A DNA stretch of 64,000 nucleotides from Pseudovirgaria hyperparasitica (lineage: Eukaryota). A program made the translations under genes and the position numbers. This document shows positions 37,629 to 50,301 of the stretch, piece after piece. The first letter of the stretch is position 1, and every line of letters begins with the position of its first letter. The stretch lies in the NCBI GenBank assembly GCA_010093815.1, contig ML996574.1; one strand, given 5' to 3'. Below the pieces are notes generated by a model. That model was given only the letters and a program-made list of their open reading frames with translations, had not been told where the DNA came from and made no database searches.

Positions 37629-40600
37629 CTACTCCATGCCCAAATACCGCCACCCCAACGCCCGCTCCCCCGGTCGGAGCCCCCGGACACAAACAACCTG
37701 CTCATCGCCCGGCACCACATCAATCGCGCTGTCATCCACCAGCACGCCCTCTCTCTCCTCAAACACCAGTCCTTTCGTCGGTTTCTTTGCCGAGATCCGG
37801 AGCTTTGTCGTCGTCGTCGGCGTCGTCGTCGTGTTGTTGCTGTCGCTACCACTACCACTGCCATTACCACCCTCCTCCGACACACCCTCCGGAACAACCT
37901 CCTCCGACACAACCCGCACGCCCCGGTCCGCAAAATCAAGATACTTGAGCGGCTGCGGCCAATCGACGTCCCTGCTAACAACCCGACCATCAACCCAGAC
38001 CCTAGCAGCAAGCACATGCATCTCCTCATTAACATTATCAATCGAGCCGGAAAACACATCCGTCGCGCCATTACCCACCAGCCTGACGCCCTCGCTGCGC
38101 AGAGCAGGCTTGATCTCCTCGCCCGTGGCAACGCTCAGGAAGCGCAGCTCTACCGTCACTGCATCTGCGCCCAGCTCCCCCTCGCCCTGCCGACTGACCC
38201 AGACCTCGTAGGTGGAGGTGGGCGGCACGCGGGCGTGGACGACGCTCCAGTCGAAGTGGGCGCGTTTGACGGCGATGGCGACGGGCGCGAGCACGCGGCG
38301 CATGGCGTAGTAGGCGGGTTTCTTGCGCTGGAAGTAGTCTACGATGGACCAGGAGGTGACGGGCCAGCAGTCGTTGAGCTGCCAGACGAGGGCGCCGCCG
38401 CAGTGGCGGGCCTGGCCCCATTGGCGGCGCCAGCCGCGGTAGCCGAACATGAGGGCTTCGGCTTGGGAGAGTTGGGTGAGGTGGATGAAGGGCTGTGAGT
38501 GGGTGTGTGTTAGGTTGGTGGTAGACTAGGGGGAGGGAGGGACATGGGGATTCTTTGGGGTTGTGTGGGAGGGATGGGGGATGATGGGGCGGGACATACC
38601 TCTAGATCAGTCCTTGTCCGGAAGTTCTCGACTAGATATGTGGCGATGCGTCGCTCGTGGCCGTCGGCTTTGTTGTGGAAGTCGAGCATGTGGCTTTGGG
38701 GGTACAGCTGGGATTTGTCGGTGCAGTAGTACTTGATCGTGTCGATGTGGGGGAAGGCTTCCATGCCGAATTCGCTGTTGAAGCGTCCGCCCAGAGTGTC
38801 GAAGATCTGGTACTTCTCCTGAGTGCCGTGCCATACTGCTGTCGTTAGGCAAACGATACCCCAAGAAGATCAAGACGTGTCTTACCGTTCCACTGGTGCA
38901 TATCGCCGATGGTTGTATCCGAAGTGATCAGGCCGTCTCCCCATGGACTGCCAGGGTGATATGGCACGTGTGGTGATTCAGCTGCAACGACGTCAGGGAG
39001 CAACTGCGTGCCGTCAGCATACTCCTACATCCCCCATACCGCGTAGACTGACCTTTTCGTATATATATCTCGCCGGAAAGTTGGTCTTCAGCCAGCTCTC
39101 TGGGTCCTTATCCTCGTAGTTGTATGTGAGCCCGCATTGTTCCTGCACTTGGTAGTCCTCGTTGTTGCCGGCGTAGATGACAATACTCGGGTGGTGTCGG
39201 AGCCGCTTCAGATTCTCCAGTCCCTCTTGCTCGATCGATTTGAGGATCGACGGGAATGCTGGGTAGTTACCGCAGCCGAACATAAAGTCCTGCCAGACCA
39301 TAATGCCAAGCTCGTCACACAGGGAGTAGAAATCAGAGTGCTCCCATATGCCACCGCCCCAGACTCTGTCCAGTGTCAGTACCATTCCCAGCATCATAAC
39401 AACTCTTCTCACCGAATCATGACCTGGTACCCATCTACCATCATTTGTAACCACTTTCTGTACTTTTCCTTTGTGATCCTCGTCACAAAGTTGTCCGCCG
39501 GGATCCAGTCGCTGCCACCACAGAATATGTCTATGCCATTGACGCGAAAGTAGAAGCTCTTTCCGATCTTGTCCTTCTCTTGGACCAACTCGGCTTTGCG
39601 GAACGCCGTCCTTTTGACGTCTTGGTCCAGCTTCACGCCACCCTTGCTCTCCAATACAGCCGTGACGTCATACAGTGGCTGCGCACCGTAGCCATGCGGA
39701 TACCATAGTTTAAGATGCTCTTCCGAGATGCTGAACGAAGCAGTCGCAGTACCACTACCGGCATCGACGTCTGCAGAAGTGGTCACGACAGTATCTGCTC
39801 CAAGCGAAGCCGTGAGTGAGACTTTGGCAGCCGACGTCCCTTCTACCGAGACTCTGATGGTCCCCGACAGAGACTTTAGCGACGAGTCGAGCTCATAGTC
39901 TATGCGTATATCCGAGATTCGAGCCGAGTATGTCTCCAGACGGACCGGTCTCCATGGTCCACACGTATTAAGGATCGGACCCCAATCCCATCCCCTGAGT
40001 AGTCGTGAGCTTCAGTAATGCTAATGGCTTAGCCAAGACAAGTATGCTCACCAATGGTATTGTGCCTTCCTCACAGCCAGCCTCGCCATGTCACCGTTGA
40101 AGCCAACCCAGGAATGCTCGGGATGCGCATCCTTGATCTCAATAGCTCGCAGCCGGGCCGAGTCAAAATCAATCTCCAAAACATTGTCGCTGTCTGCCTT
40201 GAGCTTTTCAGTCACGTCGATTCGGTACGGTATCCACATATTATCACTCGTGTGTATGACATCACCGTTGAGCTTGACAGTAGCGAATGTGTCCAGGCCG
40301 TCAAACGCCAACACCAAAACCGTGCCTTTCTCGGGCGCGGGTGTCTTGGGAAGTGTAGTGCGGTAGGTCCACGACTTATCAGCAACCCATTCACACGCGA
40401 GCTCGTTGAAACCAAGGAATGGATCTGGGATTCTGGACACGATGTGAGTATATTTTCGTGAGCGTCATCCTCCCGCCGCCGGCTAGCCACAAGAATTCGC
40501 AAACCAGCAGGCCTCGCACTCACTTGTCATGGGCCATGAGATCTAAATGCACACTTGTCGGCACCCGCTCAACAGATAGCCAAGCTCCATCGCTCGCGTC

Positions 40601-40654
40601 GTCGGTCTGCTTGAACTGCCATCCCGTAGCCAGCTCAATTGCACTCGATGCCAT
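37629..40654 (-). CDS. mndB: GH2 beta-mannosidase, no signal peptide (MndB-like)
   Basis: FDGLDTFA, RKAQYHWGWDWGP, RVWGGGIWE, VWQDFMFGC, HHPSIVIYAGNNE, SEFGMEAFP, LVWQLNDCWP; about 6 introns. Confidence 0.9.
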
Positions 40655-40991
40655 CCTTGCTGTCGGTGCGCGAAACTCCGTGTCGTGTCTCTCAATTGGT
40701 GGCTGGCACAGTATCTACGCAACAGGCGCAATCTCAAAGTTCTCAAGAGAGTGAAGGGAGAAGTGCAGCAGTCACGAAAACGGGGACCACGAAAACTTAT
40801 TCCAATGCCCCCCTCCCCCGCCAAGCACCCTTTAACCTGATCCCAAGCTGTTGCTCGCGTAGGCAGTGGAAGCGTCGTGCACTCCAGCAACGTCCCTTCT
40901 GGCCAGGGTACGGTGCATCTGGCTCCGGCCTCGATCCTTATGCCGTTTTGCACGTTAGGCGTGCGGGTGGACTCGATGGCGGCCACCGTAC

Positions 40992-41005
40992 CGGCCACCA
41001 TGCCG
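40992..41005. promoter_or_regulatory. CGG-N8-CCG candidate ClrB/Clr-2-type site about 340 bp upstream of the beta-mannosidase
   Basis: CGG CCACCATG CCG. Confidence 0.4.
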
Positions 41006-41084
41006 TCCCACCGACGGATATCAGTGTTGTTCGGGATAGTAATGTTCACTTTAGCATTCGCATCAGTCACATGAGGCGGTAAAA

Positions 41085-41189
41085 GCGGGGTTTGCCGCGT
41101 GTGTTGTGGGGTGTCGCGACCGGGGAGTGCTCATTATGGCTCCTACACACTCCGTGCCTGATCGGTACTAGCGCGGGGCTCAGGTGGGG
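41085..41189 (+). promoter_or_regulatory. Cluster of SYGGRG (CreA-type) sites
   Basis: GCGGGG 41085, GTGGGG 41106, GCGGGG 41173, GTGGGG 41184. Confidence 0.4.
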
Positions 41190-41941
41190 GAGGCAGAGGG
41201 GTTAATATGGTGCATGACTCGTGATTCGTGGTTCAGCTCTCTTTGGTGCTGGTCCTTACTCAGGTTGTTGTACTTATAGTGGTGATTTCCGCAACATAGT
41301 GACATTCCTTTGCGTTGAAAATTCGGTACTATCACGCCTTTCCTGCGCTTTTGACGCCGGACGTCCTAGCTCCGCTTCAATTCTCGTTAGGAGACCCAGA
41401 CCTCTGAGTCCCGGAAAGTTGGGGCTACTGGTACTGCATGTCCATGCGTACCAACGAAGAAGTGTTTATGTTGTCTCTTGGCGGAGCAGTCAATTGCAGG
41501 CTCCAAGGAGGAACAGGTCTTTCGACGGTTGTTATAAACGCTCTATACGGTTGACCTACGCTATCTAGAGCTCAAAGGTGGGCTTAATTTCATTTAGTCT
41601 TCGACCACGATAGTACGAGGCTGGCGATGAGGCTGACAGACAAGTCTCACGTTCGACGTCCAAAAACAGAGGGATGGGAGCGGGAGTGCCCGTGCCTAAT
41701 GCGTGTATCGCACCAAGTGCATCGGCTCCAAGACTCTCAGCCCAGCGCGTGCCAGGGGCACACGGTCAAAACCTCGTATATGGCAGCATGAGGAACAGTG
41801 CTGCCATGTATCGAAGAAAGCGTATATCTAACAATGTATGTATATCATCAAAGCATTTCATGATCGCCTAGGGAATCCTTCGGAAGATAGGATGAATTGT
41901 GAAGAGCAACACGCTGAATTAGTCTACGGACATCAAGTTCT

Positions 41942-43280
41942 TTATCCAAGCCACGACACTAGGGCTGCACATGTCAGTAGACCAGACGCCAGCCAGTAAG
42001 TCTGTTCGGGAAATCGTGGCATGCTGGCTTCGCTTGCAACGCCTTTATCGACATGTCCGTCCTGAGCAAGCTGTCGCAGCTTGTCTCCGTATTCAGCCAG
42101 TATGTTTGTCGAGCGCGCGCCCGGACAGAACACAACCTCGAATCCAGCTCCCACTGGAATGATGAAGGTAGACGTTTGGTCGTCAAAAGCTATATGGTGT
42201 ACGTTAGCCTTGACTTGAAGATTAGGAAGGTGCTCGTACCGTAGCTATACGCGTCGGGACAGACTTTTTTAGCTTGACGCGAATACAAGCCAGGTGAGCA
42301 CTTGCTGGGTACTCCATAGTCACCAATACAGCAATCAAAGTCTTTATTCCACTTAGCGCAAGCCGAGAAGCATGGGTTGAACGCAGGTCTCTCGATGTTG
42401 TCGTCAGGATACGGGTAGATGCCATTGCCAGGTTTGTACGGAGGGTTGACCTGGAGATCCCAAGGACACCATCGTTGCACGTCGTCACCCGACGCCTTGG
42501 AGTCGAATGGAAGGGGAAAGCTGCTGTTTGTACCAAGAAAGAATTGGTCTCCGCTTAGTCCGGAGTAGGGGTCGTAATCAGTCGGAGCGAGGACTGCAGC
42601 AGTGCCTTGACATGAGGGATTCGTATAGTTTGGTGGAATGTCCGCTAGACTTGAATTGTCCCGTGGCGTCATGACAATCGCTATTGGGATGTTGTAACCG
42701 TCCACGAGTGATATGTCGTAGTATGTCAAACCATCACCGCCATCGTACGTAAACTCTGCTAACGTCGCAGGATTGTCGCCCTATCTTGTGAGCACAGAGA
42801 TATATAACGATGCACATGCAGACCTACTGTGACCACACAGTTTAGAACACCGTTACAGTCTCCACTCAGACAAGCTTTCCCACGACCACTACCGCTGGCG
42901 TCTGCCGGTCCCGTTCCGTCATCATTAAAGCTGCAGTTCGTTCGACCCCACATGCGGCCTTGCCAGTCTCCTGAGACGATTTGCTTAAAGGTTTCTCCGG
43001 GCTCAAGCTTGAACCCAGACTTGTCCGGTCCTTGGCCGTGTTGGGTTAAGACAGCGGGATAAACATCATCTTCACAGTTGTTGGTAGCAATCAGCGGTAC
43101 CTCTCCGTGCACCCATTCCTTTACGACGTTTGGAATCGTTCGCTTCATGTGATGTAGGGCATTCGTTCGGTGGAGCTGAGATAGAAGTAGCAACATGGCG
43201 TACGTACTCAACGCGGATGAGAGACCCTTCGTCGGACTCTGTGGTGCTAGAACAGCATTTTGCCTGTTCTTCGAGCGCAT
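41942..43280 (-). CDS. Thaumatin/osmotin-like protein with hydrophobic C-terminus
   Basis: WQGRMWGRTNC, PATLAEFT, YYDISLVDGYN, CPDAYSYAFDDQTSTF; introns about 42781-42827 and 42190-42239. Confidence 0.9.
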
Positions 43281-43941
43281 GGCAATTCCTAGTTGCGTTA
43301 TAAATCTCGCGAATTTACAAGGCAGAGAATCAGGTGTGGAGGTCCTAAGGTCTGTTCAGGTAATATGATGATAGGAAGAATTGCACTGTGTGAGATGATA
43401 GAGCAGCCGACGGCAAGTGGGCAATGATAGACGGCTGTCAAGGACGTAAATAGGAAAAGAAAGTGCGCCAGAGCATCTCCAACAATACCGCGCTATCATT
43501 ATAACTCGTCAGGCAGCACTTGCAGCCAGACATGAGTTTCGTAAAAGAAGGAAGCACCCTGGTGATTGGTGACGTCGATTTGCCAGGCCCATGAAAGATT
43601 GGCGCGTATATGTATCAGGTTGGGTAGCGCCGCCTGGATGTGGTTAGCCCGATATATTTAGCGTGGAACAAGTGAGCTGAGAACGAGACAGAGAAGATAA
43701 GCAACGACTCAAGTCCATTTGTTAGGCTGATGTTACTCCCATTTCCATGTCAACATTGTCGTCAAGTGAAGTTATTGTATTGATTGTTCATCCTAATTAC
43801 CAGTCTATATATATGATATACTCCACAGTGACGCGTCAGGATAGCCTCACTGATGCTTAGAAAACGCTACGGGCATGCCCGACAGCTAATACAAATATTT
43901 TACACGTTCTTGCATTCATCCACCAAGAGAATATCGGTCCT

Positions 43942-44821
43942 TTATAGGGCAAGGAATGCAAGTGCCACTGCTGCAACAACGACAACCCCGCTCTTGGCTA
44001 TGTCTAATGCTGCGGCACCACCAGTTGAGATAGGGAGGCCAGCGCTGTCTGTCGGTGTTGAAGCGGCGCCGGCACCACCAGTTGGTAGGACAGAAGAGCC
44101 AGCGCCACCAGCATTGGGAGCACCAGGAGCACTTGATGGTGATGCCCCTGCGGATGGCAACTGGCCAGGAGATAGATTCTCAGCAGCAGCGGCAGCGAGC
44201 TGCTTGAAAGCTGCTACGGTCTTGTCACCCGTTTCTGGACTAAAGGATGTTAAAACTTGAATAGGAAGAAGGTAAGCTCATGACTTACGCATTAATGGCA
44301 CCAACCATACCAGCCTGGCAGTGCTTCATCTGCGAGCAGTAGTACCAAATGGGCTTGTCGGTAGTCACACGGACGGAGTAAACGAGAACGTCTTTGGTCG
44401 AGTTGGTCGCGCTCACGGGCATGAAGCCGGAGAAGAATGCATTCGTCACGTTGGGCATTACTTGTTGCATGGGCATACAGGGAGTCGCGAAGGTTGTCTG
44501 GACTACAGAGTGGTTCTGTTCAAAGTCAGCGTCGCCTATCGTGTAGCGTGTGAAATGTCTTTCTACCTTGGGATTGAATTGAAACTGGACTAGATCGCCA
44601 ACGTTGGCCTTCGTATTCTCAGGCCAAAATGTGAGCGAGCCATTAGCTCCGCCGACTTGCACCACATGAACAGTCTCTCCACCAGCTACTGATGATGGCG
44701 TAGGAGCTGCTGCTGATGGCGTGAGAGCTGCTGCCGATGGTGTGGGAGCAGCAGCAGTGTCGTACATAGTAGCCATGGCTCCAGCCAAGAAGAAAGTTGC
44801 GACAACGATTGGAGAATACAT
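43942..44821 (-). CDS. Extracellular Ser/Thr-rich cupredoxin-like protein, probably GPI-anchored
   Basis: Signal peptide; GDLVQFQF, NHSVVQ..PC, PIWYYCSQMKHCQAGMVGAIN; hydrophobic tail; introns 44516-44566 and about 44239-44288. Confidence 0.85.
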
Positions 44822-45826
44822 GTTCGGTCTTGTGGTCGAAAGGAAGGCCTGGATCGTTCTTGGTAGACTGAAAGGGAAAAATAATACTGTAAAGGAGCTG
44901 AACGAATGTTTTGGCGACTTGCGCTGAACTGGTCTGGCCAGATGAACGATGGAATTACTAAGAAAGATGCAAATGCGAAAGACACAAATTGTTGAAGACG
45001 AAGAGGAATAAAGTGAGCATGTTTGCGCCCGTCTGTATACTTAAGGCATGAAGAGATTAGACGCAGCGACAGAGTACCTCGTGGCAGATGTGCCACATCT
45101 AGAGATCTGCGACGTACGATGTTGTAGTTTTGCAGCATACGCAACCCTGCGACACAGGGCTTAGCCGTTCACGCTTCAGCCCAGAGATTGTCGCGTTACA
45201 TCATTTTGTCGATGGTTCACGGTCTGATTTTGATGTCAAATTGCTTTTCGCAGTCTCGAGATCACCTACAGAAACTCAGAACTTGCGAGCTATCTATCAC
45301 ATCAACAAATATCTTCTTGCCGACTTCTGTACTATTCAGTACTTAGTCATAGTAGATTTCCCATCAGCAAGACACTACAGCCGGATAAGAAGAACCATGC
45401 TTGACGGATGGTTGGGGTGAGGTGAAGGGGGAGGTTTGAGATCTGTCGGAGGTGCGGCCCCCCGTGTTTGAGGCTCCGTGTGGTGGCCTTGCCGAGGAGA
45501 GCTGAGCAAGCATCACCAAAAATACCCAGCGGCACGACAAACATCGGCTACCGAGGACCCGATGAATAGGACAAGCAATCACCAATATAACAAGAGACCC
45601 TCCTGAGTTTAACAGTCATACAGCAGCAGATTTCTTCTGTCGTTGATTGGTCGTCAAATCGTGCAATTTGGGGATATCGAAGGGCACGGGCCACTTGTTA
45701 TAGGATCGTTGCCATGAACGCCTGGCGTGAGCAGGCTGCAACCGATCTTAGAACCTGACATATGTATGTCCGGTCGCATGGTCGTCGGGCCGGCTTGTCA
45801 TTTCATGTTCGGCAGCCATGAACTGC

Positions 45827-46417
45827 TCAAAAGTCCAATAACAGCTGTGGCGCAAGTTTCTCTAGGTCTTCAACCTGCATCACAGAAAGCACATCAGGAC
45901 ACGTTGGGTCTGTGACGTATACAAATGAACGAACCTGTAGAAATCCATCCGAGATACCTCCATTGGCTTCAGATTCACGGCGTTCAAATCCGGCTCTGGC
46001 TATAGCCTCCCTGATGAACGTTTCCATGTATTTGCCTGCAACTGTCATGCCTTCTCTCCCTATGCGCATATCCTTGTCTTCGAAACCCTCGTAGAGCAGT
46101 CTAGCCAGAAGCTTTGGTGGTATGGCAGGTTTGGCTTCCTCCTGCGTGGGTTCCGGTAACAGGTCGTCGATTTCTTCACTCATCTGCCGCTCTTCTTCTG
46201 CCTCGTCAACTTGGTCTTCTTCGGGCTCAGCGTCAGATGATATTGTCATGGTAGCGGGCTGTAATCCTTTCGATGTCGTATTCTTAGCGCCAGATTTCCC
46301 TCCTACACCTGCTTTGGACGTCGTAGAAGGACCGGCAGCTCCATTGTTGACAGGCCGTGGAGGCTTGAAAGCAGGACCCTTGCGCTTGGAGGGGTTGGAC
46401 GCGGTCGCTGGAGCCAT
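45827..46417 (-). CDS. MHF2: CENP-X/Mhf2 histone-fold protein
   Basis: IPPKLLARLL..YMETFIREAIARA..FLQVEDLEKLAPQLLLDF; intron 45875-45934. Confidence 0.85.
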   Translation of the reverse strand: MAPATASNPSKRKGPAFKPPRPVNNGAAGPSTTSKAGVGGKSGAKNTTSKGLQPATMTISSDAEPEEDQVDEAEEERQMSEEIDDLLPEPTQEEAKPAIPPKLLARLLYEGFEDKDMRIGREGMTVAGKYMETFIREAIARAGFERRESEANGGISDGFLQVRSFVYVTDPTCPDVLSVMQVEDLEKLAPQLLLDF

Positions 46418-46756
46418 GGTGCAAAAGCGCTACAGAGATAACGAGGCGTTGAAGCTGAAACTCGACCGCGCGCTCTCAGCCAGTGTAGCGGATGTTGTCG
46501 ATCCGATCGTGGAGAGCGGGAGGTTTCTTGCGAGTTCCAGCGGCGTTACAGAACAAGCTTATTGTAACAGACTAGCACGCGTCGCGCTTGTGTTCCTGAG
46601 GATAATCCTAAGAAGGCTAGTTCTGCTCTAGTCCGGATCGAGCATAGTAAGCTAGCATGTCAGTCCCCGCAACGTAAAAATGGATCGTATTGTCATTATT
46701 CATTTTATTGCACGCACAAAATGTTCTTGGTCTAGATGGAAGTCAAAAAGGCAAAA

Positions 46757-46838
46757 AGATGACCACGGGGATCGAACCCGCAACCTTCAGTGAACAGCTG
46801 TACCGAAAACTGACGCGCTACCATTGCGCTAAGCCACC
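46757..46838 (-). tRNA. tRNA-Arg(UCG) with 10-nt intron
   Basis: GGTGGCT-TA-GCGC-AATGGTA-GCGC-G-TCAGT-TT-TCG-G-[TACAGCTGTT]-C-ACTGA-AGGTT-GCGGG-TTCGATC-CCCGT-GGTCATC, followed by T5 Pol III terminators. Confidence 0.88.
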
Positions 46839-47848
46839 TTTAACAAGAATTCAATTTAGAAAAATATATTCAGTATTATTGCTCAGGGCAAAGCGATCGA
46901 GAGCCTCTCATCCCACCCAGTACTCAAGCTTAGTTTTGAGACATCGGCCGAGCAAGACAATTCAAGGCTAACGTCCGATCCTTAACGACTGATGAGAGTC
47001 AGCAATCGACGCTGGCGCCAAAAAGCTTAGCCTTTCCTGTTTTCTCTGCTCTGGCGTGGTATATCATTTCCTTTCACTCATACTCTTAATTTGGCACCTG
47101 CGCAAGGCGCTGGGAGAACGCCAAGATAGTTGAATGGGAATGCTAAGATGTTCAGTACCATTGACCTGGTATGTCTTGGGTGAGAAGAGACAGCAACAGA
47201 GGCTAATGATATAATACGAGTTATTGTAGAACCCCTAATACATTAGCCAAAACAGGGAAACATTTAGCGAGTTCATCAAATTAGACACCAGAATCGTATC
47301 AGTGATAATTGCGAGCGGATACAAGGCGACAGCCACGAACATTGAAAGCAGCTTTGTGAATCTCCTATCTCGTGATGCTACCTACCACGCTTTAGGCTGA
47401 CTCACTACACTCTAAGATACAGTCAATTTCTATAAACATCGACTGATTGCCACAACTCCGGTTCGACCATATAATTGCAAGCTTTCGAGAAAGCGTCCAG
47501 CGTTTCGAGCACTAGGAGCGAGTTGAGATGTATTCGAGAAAAAAATGCCAAAAATGGTGACGATTAAATGTCCCGAACAACAGAGTCCAGTACATTGCTA
47601 CCAAACGCACTGGCCGACCTCTTCTGTGCCGGCTGCCCAATGCTAATGAGCCAGTACCACTGACAATACACCCAATATCTTCCAGAGGTGCTATGAGCGA
47701 CGTACCGTACTCTTGCAAGAGTGTCGCTATGTCCTGATCTACCGCATTACCCAGGATCTTGCGTAGATTTCTACTTGTTGTGTTGTGTCACGCGATGGTG
47801 CCCAACATACTTCTTCCTCGTTCGTGTTACGCAACTTGGTCGAATTAT

Positions 47849-48377
47849 TCATACGACCGAATGAGAAATCTTGCCATCAACGCAGCGTACAATGACATCG
47901 ATGCAACGACTGAGACCACGCATCTCCTCCTCCACGACCCCTCCTAGAGCGGCATTTGAGAAAGACAGCGAGCTGCCGACATATACGGGTTTGCTAACTT
48001 TCCGTGCTAGAGCAGTGGCCACACGGGTTGCGAAATCTTGTGTAGAAGCGTGAGGGACGAGAGGGGTAGTAAGTGGCAGGGCACGAGGGTTTGATGTCTG
48101 TAAAAAGAATGTCAGTCTCTCGATTGTGTCGGCTTGGAATGGTATAACGTACGTTTGGTATGGCGTAGATTAAGCTGCCGAGAGGAGCAGTGCCAGAAGC
48201 AGACTCCGTCGTGGAAGTTGTGAGGAAGACCAGCAAAGAGTTCTGGTTGTCCGTGAGGTGAAGATTAACGTGAGTTGTAGGAGCATCTGGTAGAGGAAAC
48301 GAGAGCTCGATAGGTTTGGCGCCAGAAGCGGACTGAAGGCTTAACCCGTTCATGCTGCCGTTGAGAATGGTGGCCAT
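47849..48377 (-). CDS. Proteasome assembly chaperone 4 (PAC4/Poc4)-like protein
   Basis: ELSFPLP..LGSLIYAIPN, intron about 48098-48152, then DFATRVATALARKVSKPVYVGSS. Confidence 0.7.
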
Positions 48378-48926
48378 GGTTTGTTGAGACTGATGCACCT
48401 CCGGAGGGAATATACGTGGATCTAGAGGATACGTTGAAGAGATGGGTGAGGTCTGGAGAAGATGTGAAGTTTATGATGAAGTAACTGGAGTAAAATAGTG
48501 GAAGATGCTAGATGGGAACCAACGTCATACGGAACCTGGCGGGAGGACAAAAACGGTAGTTCACGAGCCGCTAACCAGCCAAACGCCCTGCAGATCGATC
48601 GTGCAGAAGTAATAACAAACGATGTTCACAACACAATTCGGCGTTCTTTAAGACGTCTTTGCTTTGGGCGCGAACAACGATCTGAAGAAAGCACTGTATA
48701 TGTATAAAGTTACTTATATGAACTGCTGCTAGGATGCAAAATCCATTCCACCCTGTCCCTGTTCAGTGAGGGGCTCGCTCCACCATAGATCACCATCTGA
48801 TCATCGTCGCTGGACTTTAGCAGTGCAGATCAGAGAACCTTAGGTAAGTCCAGATCACCTACTGGATGCGTCTCGACCTGTCCTTGTCGCTTTCACAATC
48901 GCCACGACACATTGCACGCGTCCGTC

Positions 48927-50301
48927 ATGGATCTCCAGATGGCGGATTCTGAGCCTAGCAGCAATGGCAACGACCCAATGCAAGATCCAGAAGAGCAAAA
49001 AGTCCTCAAGGCCGCACTGGATTCCTACGAGTGGGTCCTGCCTCGCCCCCGCGACGGTCATCTTCATGCCCGTTACAGTACCAGGCCTGATATTGTCATT
49101 TCGTCGCCTCCAGAACCCTTACTCGCCACAAACACGCATACATATCATGTCCTAACACACCGTCGCCAGATCATACAGAAAGAGATCGCATCATCAAGTG
49201 ACCCACGTCCGCCGCCAGTCATTTTATGCCCTCCCGTCTGCACACTCAACGATTCTCTCCGCGCCCCCTTTCTCCGTTCTCGGGAGCCTCTCCGCCATTG
49301 ACGATGCCATAGACGCCAACGCTAACATTGCAGACGCTATAGTCCAGGCTGCCAAATCGACTTTTCTACCTCCCACTTTCCCAACTCCATGGACCGGCTA
49401 CGCGAGCGCATCCGATCATAGTAAAGCTCGGAGCACAATCCGCCAGTTCTACCGCGACTGGAGTGCCGAAGGCGCCACGGAACGCGCCGCATGCTATGAC
49501 CCGGTACTCTCCGCACTCTGCAACGAATTCGCCAACACCCCTGACGAGTCAAAATCGGCCCTGAATGTCCTTGTCCCTGGTGCCGGTCTCGGGAGGCTCC
49601 TCCTTGAGATTGTTCTGCTCGGTTTCAGCGCCGAAGGGAACGAGATCTCGTACCACCAGCTACTGGCCAGCTCATGGGTGCTGAATCACACAAAGCCAGA
49701 CGCGCCGTTCACACTATATCCATGGGCGCTGGCTTTCTCCAATCATGTCACACGTGCGGATCAACTAGCGAATGTGAGTGTGCCAGACGTGCATCCAGGA
49801 CTGGCACTGGGTCAGGCCATTGCAGACGGAAAGAGCGGAAAGATGGGATTCTCGACGGGTGATTTCTGCGTTGAATATGGCAGCGAGGATACCAAGAACA
49901 CGTACGATGCAGTAGCGAGCGTGTTCTTTCTCGACACGGCGCCAAATCCGATAAGATATGTCGAAGCAGTGCGTAATTGTCTAAAATCAGGGGGCATCTG
50001 GATCAACCTAGGGCCATTGCTATGGCATTTCGAAAACAATCCACCTGGGGCATTTTACAAGTCCGATGATGACGAAAGTGGAAGTGGAAAGTTCAAATCT
50101 GGGTTTGAGGGCGACAGGGGCATCGGAGAGGCTGGTTCAGTAGAGCTCACCAATGAGGAAGTCTTGTCCCTGGTCGGCCAGTCCGGGTTCACGATCGAAA
50201 AGCATGAATTCGGCGCCTTAACTAGTGGGTATATTCAAGACCCAAAAAGCATGCTGCAGAACATATATAAGCCGTCCTTTTGGATTGCTAGGAAGCAATG
50301 A
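48927..50301 (+). CDS. Carnosine N-methyltransferase (N2227 family)
   Basis: RQFYRDWSAEG, VLVPGAGLGRL, EGNEISYHQ, FFLDTAPN, WINLGPLLWHF; intron 49031-49169. Confidence 0.9.

Noticed and set aside
46985..47030. CTGATGAG hammerhead-core-like word
   Set aside because: No stem II followed by GAAA and no closing stems
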